Source: Cyanophora paradoxa CCMP329
Lineage: Eukaryota > Plantae > Glaucophyta
Direction: 5' to 3'
DNA length: 64,000 bases
Assembly: GCA_004431415.1 (NCBI GenBank)
Contig: QPMI01000154.1
Coordinates: 36,286 to 100,285, forward strand
Shown here: one piece after another, positions 21,264-34,700 of the stretch
Numbering within the stretch: the stretch's first letter is position 1
How the letters are laid out: every line of letters starts with the position of its first letter
Notes under the pieces: generated by a model
Database searches by the model: none
What the model was told of the DNA's origin: nothing
The model's input: the letters and a program-made list of their open reading frames with translations, nothing else
Made by a program: the position numbers and the translations under genes

Positions 21264-24200
21264 GCCCCCCTCCCGCCCCCCTCTTTAGAGCTCCCCGCCT
21301 CCACAAACGCTTCTAATGCTCCACTGCCCCCATCACCCCCACCCCACCCCACCCCGCCCACCCACCCGCCCCGGTGGGCCCTCAACCCCCCCCCCTCCCC
21401 CCTCCCGCCCTTCCCCCTCCCCCCTGTCCCCACCACTATCCCTGTGCTGGGCCTTTCTCACGGCGCGCCGCAGCGTCGTTCCCGGAGCTGGACGGCGCGG
21501 GGCTGGACGCGTACGGGGACCCCGGGGCCGTCGAGCGCCACGCCGCCCGCTTCGGGCAGGTGCAGTGTACCCCCAGCCTGCCGCCGGGCGCGGGGCGCCT
21601 CTCTGACGCGGGGCCGCGGGGCGGCGGCCTCGCAGGTGGTGCGCTCGGTGCACCGCGTGGCGGAGGAGCTCGGCGGCTCTGTCAACAAGGTCCTCCTCGA
21701 CGACAAGGCACGTGCACGCCCGCCCGCCCGGCCCGGCCTTACGCCCTTGCGCTTTCGGGGCCGTGGCTTACGCCCTTAGCTCCCATGGTTTGCGGCTGAC
21801 GGACTATGGCGGGGTTCCGGCGCAGGGGGCGTCGGCGATCATCGGGTTCGGGCTGCCGGGCGGCTTCGCGCACGAGGACGACGCGGAGCGCGCCGTGCGG
21901 GCCGCCCTCGCCCTCCAGGCCTGGTTCCGCGAGACCAACGCGCCCTTCGCCTGCGGCGTGCGCATGAGTCGACCCCGGCCCTAGGCCTAGGCCTCCCATC
22001 CGCAGCCGCCCGCCAACTCACTGCAATCAACGTTAACACTGCGGCGTTGTCAGATCGCGGCGGGGCGGACGTTCTGCGGGACCCTGGGCGCCCCCTGCCG
22101 CAAGGAATACGCCCTGGTACAAGCTATTTATAGTACAAGCGCCGCCGCGGCCGCCGTCCTCGCTGACTGTGATCATGACCAGATCGGCGATTCTGTGGTC
22201 CGCTGCGCTGATTATAGCGCAAGCGCCGCCCCGGCCTCCGGGATCCGCCCCCGCCCTCGCTGACTTTTATCGCTATGGCCAGATCCTGGCTGCGCGCCTC
22301 ATGGGCAGGGCGCGGGAGGCGATCGGGGCGGCCCAGGCGGCGGGGGCGGCTGGAGGCGGCCCGCCGCAGCTGCAGCTGCAGGAGGTGCTGTGCGACCGGA
22401 GCGTCGTGCAGGCGGCCACGGCCCGGGGGCGCTCGGCGGTGCGGCCCCCGCCCCCGCTCCGATCCGCCCCCGCCCCTCGCCCGCCCCTCGCACCGGGCGC
22501 GGCCGAGCGGCTCCGAGCGGGCGGGGCGGGGCCGGGGTCCCGGGGCGCAGGCGGCGCTCTTCGAGTTCGAGGCGCTGCCGGCCACGCGCGCCAAGGGCTT
22601 CGACGAGCCCCTGCCCGTCTACAGGCCCCGCGAGGCACCCTCGATCACGTCCCGCGGCGGCGGCGGCGGCGGCCTCGCCCCGTCCGCCTCCAACTCCCGC
22701 CGCCTCTCGGCCGTCGGCGACGGCGGCGGCCTCGTTCGCGCCGGATCTGGATCTGGATCGGGCGCGGCGGCGGCCACCCACCAGCACCCGGCCCCCCTGC
22801 TCGGCCGGTGCGCTGCAAGAGAGATAGCGAGGGCGGGGCGGGGCCGGGGAGGGGCGGCCGCGCCGCGCGCCGCGCTCCTGCTTCTTGATACTCGGGGCAG
22901 GGACGGGGAGCTGGCGGAGGCGACGGCGGCGGTGGAGGCGCTGGCGGCCGGCGGCCAGGGCTCGACGCTCGTGATCGAGGGCGAGGCCGGCGTCGGCAAG
23001 AGCCGCCTCCTCCTCGAGGTCCGCCGCGCCTGCGCCGCCACCGCCGTCCTCGTCCTCTCCTCCACCGCCTCCTCTGTCGAGGTCCGCCCCGCCCCGCCCC
23101 GCCCCGCCCCGCGCCATTCAATTTCTTCTTCTTTAAGTGGCTTAAGAACAACAACGTTAACAATATCAAATTTCTTATCTATTGTTGTATCGGTCGTAAT
23201 AATAAAACGCGCCCCCGCGCCCCGCGGCGCAGGAGGCGACGCCGCTGTGGGCGCTGCGCGGCCTGGTCGCGTCGGTGGCGGACGTGTCGAGCGAGGCGGC
23301 GCTGCGGGCCGACCTCGAGCGGCGGCGCCTCCTCACCGCCGCCGACGCGGCGCTCATCTGGCGGAGCCTCTTCGCGGGCGGGGGCGGGGGCGGGGGCGGG
23401 GGCGGGGCCGCCTCCTCCTCCGCCTCCGCCGCCGCCGCCGCTGCGCGGCAGCAGCTTGGGGACGGGAACGAGAGCGGGTCGACGTCGTACCGGGGCCGGG
23501 AGGCCTCGACGCGCCGCGGGATCTCCTCCTTCGGCGTCGGCCTCGTCACGAGCCTCGCCGCCGCCCTCGCCCGGTGCGCCCTAGGCCTCCCCTGCCCGCC
23601 GGCACCGCCTCGCCTCGCCTCGCCCCTGATGCGCAAGCGCTGGAAGGCTCGTGTTGGACCTGGAGCACTGGGGCGAGCCGGTCGCGGGGAGCGGGGGCGG
23701 GGGCGAGGAGGGCGGGCCGGCCGGCGCCCGCGTCGCAATGCTGCTCGAGGACTGCCACTGGCTCGACTCGTGCGCACGCGCACCCTTCGGAAGCTTAAGA
23801 AGCGCACCTCTTAGAGGCGGATACTACGTCGATTTTAAGCCCCGGCCCAAAATCATTCCCCAAGCCGACCCGGCGGCCCCGCGCACGCGCAGAGTCTCGT
23901 GGTTTGTGGTCCGCTGCATCCGTGACTCCTGTCCGAACCTTCTGGTCCGACCCCACCCATCCCCGCGCTCCCCGCGCTCCCCGCCCGCGCCTCGCGCCTG
24001 ACGCCCCCGGCCCCCCGCCGCCGCCGCCCGGCGCAGCTGGTGCTCACGGCGCGGCCAATGGCCGACCCGCCCCGCGACTTCCTCGTCCTCTCGGGGCGCC
24101 TCGAGGCGCCCTCGGGGCCGTGGCGGCGGCGGTGGCGGCGGCGGGCACTGAGGCCCCGGCGCCGGCGCCGCCATCGGTACCCGAGGCGGGCCCGACGGGC

Positions 24201-27200
24201 GGCGGCCTAGGCCTGCCGCCAGCGGGTCGGATGGGCGCCGCGCCCGATCCCGACGGGTCTCTGAAGCGCCGGGGGGCGGGGGCGGGGGCCCTCGGGGCGG
24301 GGGCGCGCCTCCCGCCGCTGCTGCCGGCCCCCTCCCGCGTCGCGCTGCTCCGCCTCGGCCCCATCGGCCGCCCCGCCGCCCACGCCCTCCTCATGGCCCG
24401 CCCCCGCCCCGCCCTGCCCGAACGCGGCCGTCTTCCGTCCCTGACGCTGCGACGCCCCCGCCCCGGCCCCGCGCAGGCCCTCTCGACCTCGATGTCGCTC
24501 ACGTGGCCGCCGGTGCGCGCGCGCCGCCGGACGCCCGGCGCGGCCCCCGGCCCCCCGGCCGACGCCATCCCGGCCCGCCTCGCAGGGCGCCGTCCACAGC
24601 GTCCTCGAGAAGGCCGCCGGCGGTCCGCTTCCGCTTTCCCGCGCCCAATGTATATATTGGGCGCTTTTCTGAGGGGCCGAGCGGGGCCGCGGCCGGGCGC
24701 GCAGTGCCGCTCTTTCTGGTGGAGCTCTGCCGGCAGTGCGCGACGGGCGGGAGCCTCCCCGCCGCCCCGGGCGAAGCCTTCCACGTCCCCGCCACGGCCC
24801 GCCCTGCCCCGCACAGCAAAGCGCCGCGTCTAGATTTAATCCCACGTCCGCACAACAGATCCAGCAGATCGCGCTGGCGCGGGCGGACCAGCTGCCGCCG
24901 GCGGCGCAGGCGGTGCTGAAGCTGCTTGCCGTCGTCGACGTCGGGGGCGGCTTCTCGTGCGAGCGGGCCCTCGCCGCCGACCCGGGCGGCCTCGGCCTGG
25001 GCCCCGGCCTGGGCCCCGCCGCCCTCCGCCGCGCGCTCCGCCAGCTCCGCCGCGCCGGCATCATCGCGGTGCCTTCGGATCCCCGTCGCCTTTGAAATCT
25101 GTCCCTGATTTGCCGATCATGAGCGGCCTCTGACTTGCTCGTCGAAGGAGGCTGCTTCCGGTGGCTCGGGCGCGGCGGTCCGCGTCGGTGCGCCCCCGAA
25201 GAACCCCCCCGACGTCGACTCTGGCGAGGATCCGGAGGACGACGAGGACGAGGAGCGCGAGGAGGGGGCGCATCCGGAGGGGGCCCGCTGGCCCCCGCTC
25301 GAGCAGCCCCTCTGCTTCCTCCACGCCCTCATGCGGTGCGCCGCGCCCTCCCCGCGGCTCAGCTGAAGCTTCCGAGCCTCCGCCGCCGCCGCCGCTGATC
25401 ATAGATCGCGCCGCGCCCTCCCCGCGACTTGGCTTAAGTTTAGGCTTATATAATTATAGCTTGGCTTTAGGCGTTAAAGGCCTTATAACTTATATATAAC
25501 TTAAGTTTAGGCTTAAGTTTAAGTTTATGCGACTTGGCTTAAGCCAAGGGCTTCCGGGCCCCCGCGGCTTAAGCTTCCGAGCCACCGCCGGCGCTGAGGC
25601 TCGCGCGCGGGGCGCTGAGCAGCGAGGCGGTGTACTGGGCGATCCCGTCGGATCTGCGGCGGGAGGTGCACGGGCGCGTGGCGCGCTGGCTCGAGGCCCG
25701 CCGCCCCGACGACTCGGCCGCCATCGCGTCCGCCCCAGACGCGCCCCGCCCGCCCGCCAGCTCGCCCCGCTCAGCCCGCGCCTCGCGCAGGCTGCACTGG
25801 CGGGCGGCGGGGGAGCCGGAGCGGGCGCTGGGGCACCTGGGGCGGGCGGGGCGGGCGGCCGTGCACGCCAACGCCCTTCCCGAGGCCCGCCGCCTCTTCC
25901 GCGAGAAGCTGGCCGCCCTCGACGCCGTCGCCGCCCGCGGCGGCTTTGCACGCGGCCCGGTCCGTGGACGTGGCCCGGCGGAGGCGCGGGTGGAGGCGCT
26001 GCGGCACCTCGCCCTCGTGGAGAACTACTCGGGCCACTTCGCGGCGGCCGGCGAGGCCGCCGAGGACGCCGCCGCCGCCATCGGCGAGCCCCTGCCCGCC
26101 TCCCGCATCGGGCCCGCCGCCGCCCTCCGTCCGCCCCCGGCCCCGCCTCCGAACCGAGCCAACCTTTCTTTCTCTCACCGAACGCGCGCGCGCATGGCTC
26201 TTGCTGCGGGTGCGGGCCGCGGCGCGGCGCGTGAAGGCGGCCTCGCGATCGGATCCGGTTCGAATCCGGGCGCGGCCGCACCGGCTGCACGCGCCGGAGC
26301 GGGGCGAGCTGCGGGAGGCGCTCCTGGAGGCGCTGCTGGTGGCGGGGGGGGGGGGGGGGGGGGGGGGGATGCGGGAGGGCTCCTTCGGGGGCCGCGGCGG
26401 CTTCCCCTGGGTCGCCCACGCCCTCACACGCGCCTACGAAGTCTCCGGTGCGCCCGTGCTAAGCTGCAGCTGCTGCCTATAAAAGCCGCGATCGCGTCGT
26501 TATATCAAGCGTGCGGGGTGCGCTCGTCGCATCGCAGAGGGCACGCCGCCCGAGCGCCTGCGCGCTGCCGACTGCCGGTGCGTGGCGGCGTGGTGGCCTT
26601 CCTTTCCCCCCGGCCCTCTGCGGTCGCGCCTCCTGAGCGCGAGGGCCCGGCGCGCAGCGTGCGGGCGAACTTCAGTACGCTGCTGGACATCGTCGGGCAC
26701 ACCGAGAGCGCCGCCGCCCTCCTCGCCCAGGTCCGCCTCGCCCAGGGGCCGGCCCGGCGAGCCGCGGCGCCGGCCGCGCGGGCGACGCCTGAGGGGCGCG
26801 CGCGGGCGCATTTGCAGGCGCGGGATCTGGCGGAGGAGCTCGACAGCGACCCGGGGCGGGCGGCGGCCGCCATGCACGGCGGCCTGCAGGCCTGCCGCGC
26901 AGGGGACTTCCCCGCCGGCGCCCGCCTGTGCGGCCCCGCCCCGCCCCGCTCCGCTCCGGACCGCATCTACGTTTTGATCTGCGCCTGCAGATTCCTGGGG
27001 GCGGCGTCGGTGGCGAGCCCGCAGCCGAACCAGCACGAGCTGCTGGCGACGGCGGCGCTGCCCCTCGCCCTCACGGGCCGCCTCGCCGAGGCGCGCCGCT
27101 GCTGCGAGGATGCCGCCGTCTTCGCCTCGCGCCTCGGCGCCGACGCCTACGGCGCCTACCTCCCCGCTCTCGTCGGGGCCCTCGCCGCCGCCCTCGCCGG

Positions 27201-28168
27201 CCGCGACGAGGCCGCCGCCGCCCACCTCCGCCAGGCCGAGCAGGTGAGGCCTACTAGGCTAGGCCCAGGCCTTGGATCTCCGGACCCGGATCCGCCCCTC
27301 CGACAGCGTGCGGGCAGGGCGGGGCGGAGAGCAGGGCGTGGTGGGTGCGCGAGATCGTGCGGGCGGTGCGGTGCCTGCTGGCGTGGCGCGCGGGGCGCGT
27401 TGAGGCGGCCCTCGCCGACGCCGAGGCCTGCGCTGCCACGTGGCGCGCCCGCGGCCCCGACGTCGACTGGGCCGCCGTCGGTGCGCGTGCACGAGCGCGC
27501 GCCCCACCGCATCTATACGCGGCGCCTCCTTTATACGCACCCGGCAGTGCTGCCCGCCATTCTGGTGGAGTTCAGCGTCTGGGCGCGGGCGCGGGCGGCG
27601 GCCGCCCTTGCGGCTGCGGCGGAGGAGGGGCCGAGGGGCGGCGGTCCCCTGGGGCCCTCCTCTGCTGGCGGCGGGCCGCCGGCTCGCGACGCGGCTCCGG
27701 ATCCGTGCACGCCGCCCCAGCGGCGGAGTGCGGCGAGCTCGAGGGCGGGAAGCGCGCGGGCTGGTCGGCGTTGACGTCTTCGTGGCCCCCGCGGAGGAGG
27801 CGGCGGGGGCGCTGCGGCGGGCGGAGCGTCTGGCGGAGGGCGTGCGGGCGCTGGCGGAGGCGACGTGCCGCAGGCGGCTGCCCTGCCTCCGCCCCTTCGT
27901 TGAGCTCGCCGGCGCCGAGCGGCCGGGCCTCGCCCCGCGCCGCCGCCTCGCCCGCCTGCGCGCCGCCGCCGACGCGTTCGCGCGCTTCGGCCTGCGCCCC
28001 TTCGAGGCCGCCGCGAGGCTCCGGCTGGCGCGGGCCGAGCCCGACGCGGCGGCGGCCGCGGCGGCCCTGGCGGCGGCGCGGCGCCTCGCGGCGGAGACGG
28101 GCGCGCGGGTGCCAGCCCTGGGGCGGCCCGCCCCGCCCCCGGGCGAGTTCGAGTCCACGTGGGTCTAA
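19638..28168 (+). CDS. ADCY10: Soluble adenylyl cyclase type-10-like protein: two class III cyclase domains, STAND/AAA NTPase, TPR-like helical tail; many introns
   Basis: LFLD-VSGFS, FAGDA, NKVLLDDK-G..IIGFGLP...HEDDAERAV, GRTFCGTLGAPCRKEY, LAARLMG, GRDGEL, IEGEAGVGKSRL (Walker A), LLEDCHWLD (Walker B), G.PLFLVEL, ARADQLP. Confidence 0.88.
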
Positions 28169-28758
28169 ATCTGACCCACGCTTCACGTGCGTGTCACTTA
28201 GTGAATGTTTAACTAGTGAACCCATATGCATTGTGTTTGGTCGGCGCCAGTAGTGGCACCAGTACTTGCCGCGCTTCTATATAGCTATATCTTCAATTTG
28301 TGATTACCTTGTTATCCTTAAAGTCAGATGTAATTATAAGATGCACGTGCCGAATTCGAAGTCATGGAGACAATTATTCTTTGTATTCGAGTATACGCAC
28401 TTCCTTCGAATTCGTATAGGTTTTATTCGGCGAGCTCTTCTTCTTCAAGCTTATAATTAATAAGCGCACACAAAGCAACCGGATTAGAGCTCGGCACTTA
28501 AGCTTGATTTAGTGCCGCGCCTCGTATGCACGCGTACTGGAGACATGCAAGCCACTCTGCTAAAGGTCTGGATTCGAACGTGCGAATTCCGATGCCGCGA
28601 AGGCAGCATGCGCATGGCTAGGGCTCTATCTAAATAATTACTAATCATAAAGCTGCACCTTGACGCTCACTGTTGATTACAGAGAAGAAGAAGTACAATT
28701 CGATTTCAACGAAATCGCAAGCGCTCCGTACAACGAATTGCAGGCAGTGCACGTGGTT

Positions 28759-31700
28759 CTAATTATCATTTAGTAAACCGTTGTACTGATGCTCTGGAAG
28801 CACTGATAGAGTGCTCGACATTCGGTTTGGGCCGATGGGGCGCAGGGGCCGGAAGCGCGAGCTGACTCTGCGATGGATGCTGCCGGCTGCGACTGGCTCC
28901 GGCTCCATATGCTTAGGATCCGGCTCGGGTTCGAACTCGCTTGGAGTGGGCTTCAAAGGCTCAACGGCATAAAGCAGGGTCCGCAGAGCCACAGCGAGCT
29001 GGAAGAAGAGCGTTGGGCGCATGGTTCGAATGTACCAGCTGATATCCTCAGAGGTCTCTTCTTTGTTTGCGATGTTCTCCTCGCGATCTTCGCTTTTTTC
29101 ATCCGGGTGGATGATTTCAATCAACTCGCGAAGGAATTCGTCGGGGCGTTCTTCTCGATCGCGAGATCCAAAATTGCTGAGCTTGCTTCTGCTCTTTTTG
29201 CTCTCTACTTCTCCTTGGCTCTCGTCCTGCACGCGTACGCGCCCTGGTCAATATTCCTCGATTGCATCTAGATCTAGATCTGGCCATAGGCGTTGGATTC
29301 GACACATCAATTACAATCGCACCGAATCAGCGTTCAGTTTCACGCCGCGATTAACTCCGAGCGCCGAGAGGAGAGCAAGAGTTGTATTCACAACTGTGCC
29401 GAGAATGCCGCTGAGACCGAACACCTGCAGGTATTTCCCATGTCATTATTGTATATTGTCATGATCAACACGGTAAAACTTTCCAGAAGGCGTAGAAAAA
29501 CACGAAGATTACTCACCGACACGCCCAAAAAGATGAAGACGAACAGCCCCGCAAGAAAAAGAGCGCTTCCGAGAATCTTGCCCCAATGAATGTGCCTGCA
29601 CCCACGAGCGGATTCCAAGAGCTCAAATTGCAATCAAATGCGAAGGAAATCAAATCAAATTGCAATCAAATTGCGACGCACGATATCCCTGCTTGAATCG
29701 AGAAAATGGAAGCTATTTGAGCGCACTCGTGAACGAACTGTTTCACCGCACCAAGTGGGTTTCTCTGCAGTTCGTCTTTCGCTCGCTGCAGCTCCATCGG
29801 TGTATTATCCTTGATCTCGTTTATGCCGAACTCGATGTCGGAAGTAGGGACGGACTCGGCACGACCCAAGTTTGAATTGATGTTCTCAATAATGGCGAGA
29901 TTCTTAAGCCAAATACTAGTCATTTTCCTCATCATGAAGTGATCGCTGGATTCGTCGCGACCCAGCCATTTGTCAAGCCGCTCCTCTAAATTGTCCCAGG
30001 ATTCCTTGTAGGATTCCAATTGTTGTTTGTCACGTTCGAGCGCATCCAAGCCATTCTCAGCGTTTTGTGCAGCCGGATTTGCAGAGCCATTCTGATCCGT
30101 TCGCGCCTCCAGATCCACTGCGACGCGGCAGCGGAGAGCAATCCAATTCTCGATCAGACCACAATTTCGTGATCAGATCGAGATTTACGAATACCATATC
30201 ACCTTTTTCGCGGAGCTCTATTGCATCACAGAGCAGATCAAGTACGTCGAGAATCGCTTTTTGTATGAGCTGCTGGTCTTCGCTCACATTCTGATCTGCC
30301 AACCTCTCGTTCTTCTTGAAATGACGGTAAAGAAGCGAGACGTGTGCAATAAGCGCGATAATCGCTAGCGACAGCTTAATATCGAATTAAACAAAAATCA
30401 CAGCCAATGCAAACTTGCCTGTTACAAACGGAGCGGTCTTTTCAGGCCGAATGATGACGCCTATTTTTATGCAGAAGGATCAGAAGTGAAGAGTGGTTGA
30501 ATTATTTTGTGATTTAGAATTATAAGCAGAAGGCACCGAGCAAAGCCCAGAGCCTGATTTCGATCAGGAACAAACGTGCGTGTGATACATGGCTTAGTTA
30601 TGTGTCGAGGGCCGATGGAGAACATTGCGTACGCGATTGCGGTGAGGATGATGGAAGTTCCGAGATACGAATATAGCCAAGCAAACGTTGTGGACTGGAA
30701 GTAAAACGATTGAAATTTGTTTTTGCATCTGTAAGGTTCCCATCTCTTATAGTAGACGTACAACCTGACCATTAAGCACGTCCAACGACGATCAGCACAG
30801 AACAAACAATTGCAACATGCAAATGCACGCGCACCGGGTCAGGCCAGATAGCTCTGCAATAACGCAAACGACCATACCCATAATAAACAGGAGGTGCGCG
30901 ATGTCAACTCCAGTGTCGCTCGAGAACCCCGCCTTGAAGCTGTCTGAAATTTCGTAGCCTCAGATATTATGAAGTACATCTGATATGAAGACGCACAGAA
31001 ATTGTATCTGTCCGTGTAGTACTCGTACGTAAACAAAGTGCCTCCAATACCGATGACAGGGATTGTGACGAAGAAGAGATGCATGACGAAGGTTCGAATA
31101 TTCATCCAGATGGACTCCAGAACATTTGTCCACCAGTTTAAACTCAAGATTGTGTTGGTCCACCATTGGCGGCGGAAGATGGTACGCAGAGCAAGCCGGT
31201 AGATGTATCCATGGGGGTCAAGCGCCCGGAGAGCGTTGCAGAATGACCGGTGCTCTTCTCCAGCATGGACGCTTCGCGCACTCGTACCCGCAAACGCATT
31301 CTTTTCTCTGTCCCACGATTTGGCGACACGGCCGATGATGGCAAGAGGGTGCGGGTGATCGGCCGCGACGGCCTCGGGGGCGCCCAAAGATAACAGATGT
31401 TGCCTTTTCATCAAGCGAAACCCGATGAAGCTTTCGTAGTCCATCCAGGCCTGAAAGCACCTTTCTCGCAGCCGAGGAAATCTCACGAGAGAATCAATGC
31501 CGTAGAACAACTCGTTCAAGCTGCTCTTCATGACTTTCTTTAAGTCCACGTAGTCCTTCTCGTCGGCTTTTGCTTCCCTCAACACATCTTCGACTGGATA
31601 GAACATGTCACGGATTGCTTTCCGCGCAGCATCAAGATGCGCAACGAGCTTCTTAGACTCGTCAGACGTTGCCGTCGAGTTTGGCGCCTCTGCTGTGTCC

Positions 31701-34700
31701 TCCTCGTAATCGCTCCTTGCGAGCAACACATCACAGAGCCCTTTACGGTCCAGGATCGTGCGTTTCAGCCAAGATTTAAAACGCCTGAAGAAGTATAATT
31801 ATTCACAGCAAATACGGGCGATATCGATGCATTTATGTATATGTACCTGTACATGAAATTCCAGAATAGAAGGACACATCCGGCGACGAGAACAAGCCAC
31901 AAAATTAGCAGGACTGCCAATGCCTGGAGCACAAATTCAAAATCCCCGAACGGCACTGGTCAAGAATCAGGGAAAACAGGCCATAGCATACCGGCTCTTG
32001 TTCTTGAAGAGAGTTCAGGAGGTGAAAAACATTTCGAGGCTACGTATATACATGCGCACCGGGCATCGTGATTAATTTGGATGCATTCGCATTACAGGAT
32101 GTTGATCGGATTCGCGAAAAACCAAGAGAGGATAATCACCGATGTAACGGGCTCGACGAATATATGAATCGCCTGCGCATCTTCCGCCACAAACCGATAT
32201 GTCTCAAAGCCGCCGTCATCCTTCCCTGTCTTGTAGATGACCCAGCCTGAACGGATTCGATTTCGATGACAAATGCAATGAAGAACTGGAAAAGAATGGG
32301 GAAGTCAGTCCACGACCGACCTTCATCAGGAAACTGAAGTGTCTGCACTCGTGTGTCAAGTCCACTATTACAGTCACATACATCGTAATCACAACGCACC
32401 ACGTGCAAGTATCGAAAAAAGCGCTCTAAGTATTCGAGCGACTGTTCGGTTCCAGGATCCGGAAATGGAATTGAAAGCGATACTGGGAAGCGCATTTTTA
32501 CGGGCTCCAATACTCCAACAGAGAGCCAAGCGATATTTGCTGGTCCCAGTTTCTCGTAACCCGGGCGCACGACCTGCACAACTTGAATGCACGAAACTTG
32601 TAACATCGCTATGCATGCAAATCATATTAATTGCGAACCCACATCCAGGTGCCGTTGAAGATAGGTACGTCCAACTCGAGGAAATCTACAAACAAATCAT
32701 ATCACGCCATGCATGCGGTCACAGCTTGCCTCGCTATCGCAAGGCTCACCAAATGTGGCTTCTGGTTTTATGACTGCTCGCAATGCGTCGATCTCATTTT
32801 GAGGAATTCTGTTCACTTGTGAGCATTCACAGCTCGAGCTCTATTTGTTGGGGCCTAGTACTCATAGCTTGGGGTGCGTTTTGTAAAACCTCTAGTAATA
32901 AATCAAATGCTTTCAATATTCTGAATCGAATGTTAATCGAATGCTTTAAGTTTATATAACTACCTCCAAGGATACTGCTCCGGTAGAAGGATGTAATCCT
33001 GCAACGCGGAATCTTTTCCTTGTGTTCCCACTCGTCTGGCTTGCCCACTCGCGTAGTCAAAATAGACTCCTGCAAACACGTGTCAGCAGTTTGCACAGCT
33101 AAGGTGCACGTGGGGACCGGAATTAAAAGGAAGCGCATATATACGCACCAGCCTCGATTTGCACTCGGGGATCGAGGACGCTACTTTGAGTTTCCGCAGA
33201 GCTATTCGTACTAGTACTGCTCGCTTCCAATTCAGAGCTCGCGATGGCAACTGGCCATTCGAGCTGAACATCAGCGACCCTCGTGTCGCACGATCGCTGC
33301 TTTCCTTTCTCAGTCCCAAGAGAAATGTGGCAAGACGAATTTCGGCTTTCAAAATCCGCTGTCTCCGCAAGAAGGCATAGATTACGAGAGACGCATGTGG
33401 GCGAAGAAATGCATGCATCGAACTGATCATGAAAGTTGTTTTGTCAAGCCTTTGAGATAGCTGTGGGTTCGACGTCCAAAAAGCCACTAACCGGCTGACG
33501 TATGTGGAGAGTAGACTCCTGGGTCACCGTGATAAATGCGTTTGTAAGTCTTGAAGCTGTGGAGATGAAAATGAAACTCTTTTCCGTGTCTGTGATGCTG
33601 AGGCTAGGGCTTGAGATGCCAGCGCTAGCCAGGCTTGTTGCAGCGAGTTTCAAGCAGTCCAGTTTGATTGACATATCAGGCCCTGCAGATATTGGTTTTT
33701 TTACGCAAAACATACATATCGTATTCTTTGCGAAGGCGCACATACCTCGGAGCTGAAGAGCGTGCATCTGCAGATTTCCAGAACATACATTTGGGTTTCT
33801 TTCATCGTATCGAGCGTTTGTTCTGACCCGTAGTCCGATCTGAACAGTTCTGAGACTCACAAAATCGCAGTTGACAATGTCAACAACTTTTTAAGCACCT
33901 GATTGATCTGGCGGACGGTATCGGGCAAAGTGGTTGAAGCTAGCGACATTGAGGGATATTTTCCTAGATCCCGGCGCATGCACATTCAGGAAGAGATTAA
34001 AGTTATGACGTGAGGACGCCATTATTTCGAACCCGTGTGCGATGAGACAGTAATGTCGCAACGCCAATTCCAGTACTCTCGTGTGAATCGTCCCTCCGAA
34101 TTAGAGGCGCGTTGCCAACGTTCACGGCCGCGGACTTCTCGCCGTTCACGCATGTTCTGGAGTTTCAAAATTTAAAGCGAGTCAATTAGCATACGCATTG
34201 ATCCGCACGCGTGGTCCGAGAGCCGACGCACTTCAATCAAGTAAGTTGCTTTTGAGCCGGACTGCACGAAAGTCGGCGGCGGGTTCCGGAAGCCGAGAGC
34301 CCAGAGCCGAGGCTCGTGAATTCTTGTCGATATCTTCACAGCTCCCGAAGGCACGGAACTGTCCGGAAACGCGTGAAAGTATACTGCGCAGCTGTCGATC
34401 CTCATGTCCAGAAGGGCGTCCAAAGCAAAGCCGGATTCTGATTCTCCCGGCGCTTGAAAGACAGAGACGTAATTGACCTGGAAAGCCCGCTCGCGCAGAA
34501 GGTAAATTGCCAACAATATCTGGTGCAAGAGATGAGATTCACAGTGGCCTCGTATTCGCAGTATTAACTCATCATGGCATGGCCATGATAGCTATAGTAC
34601 TTGCCGTGATAATGAGAGCGATGACGGTGTACAACTGTCTGCGCTTCTTGCCTGCATTTGTGAAAACCGCGTCTCGTACCTGCCCGCGCACGGCCGCTCA

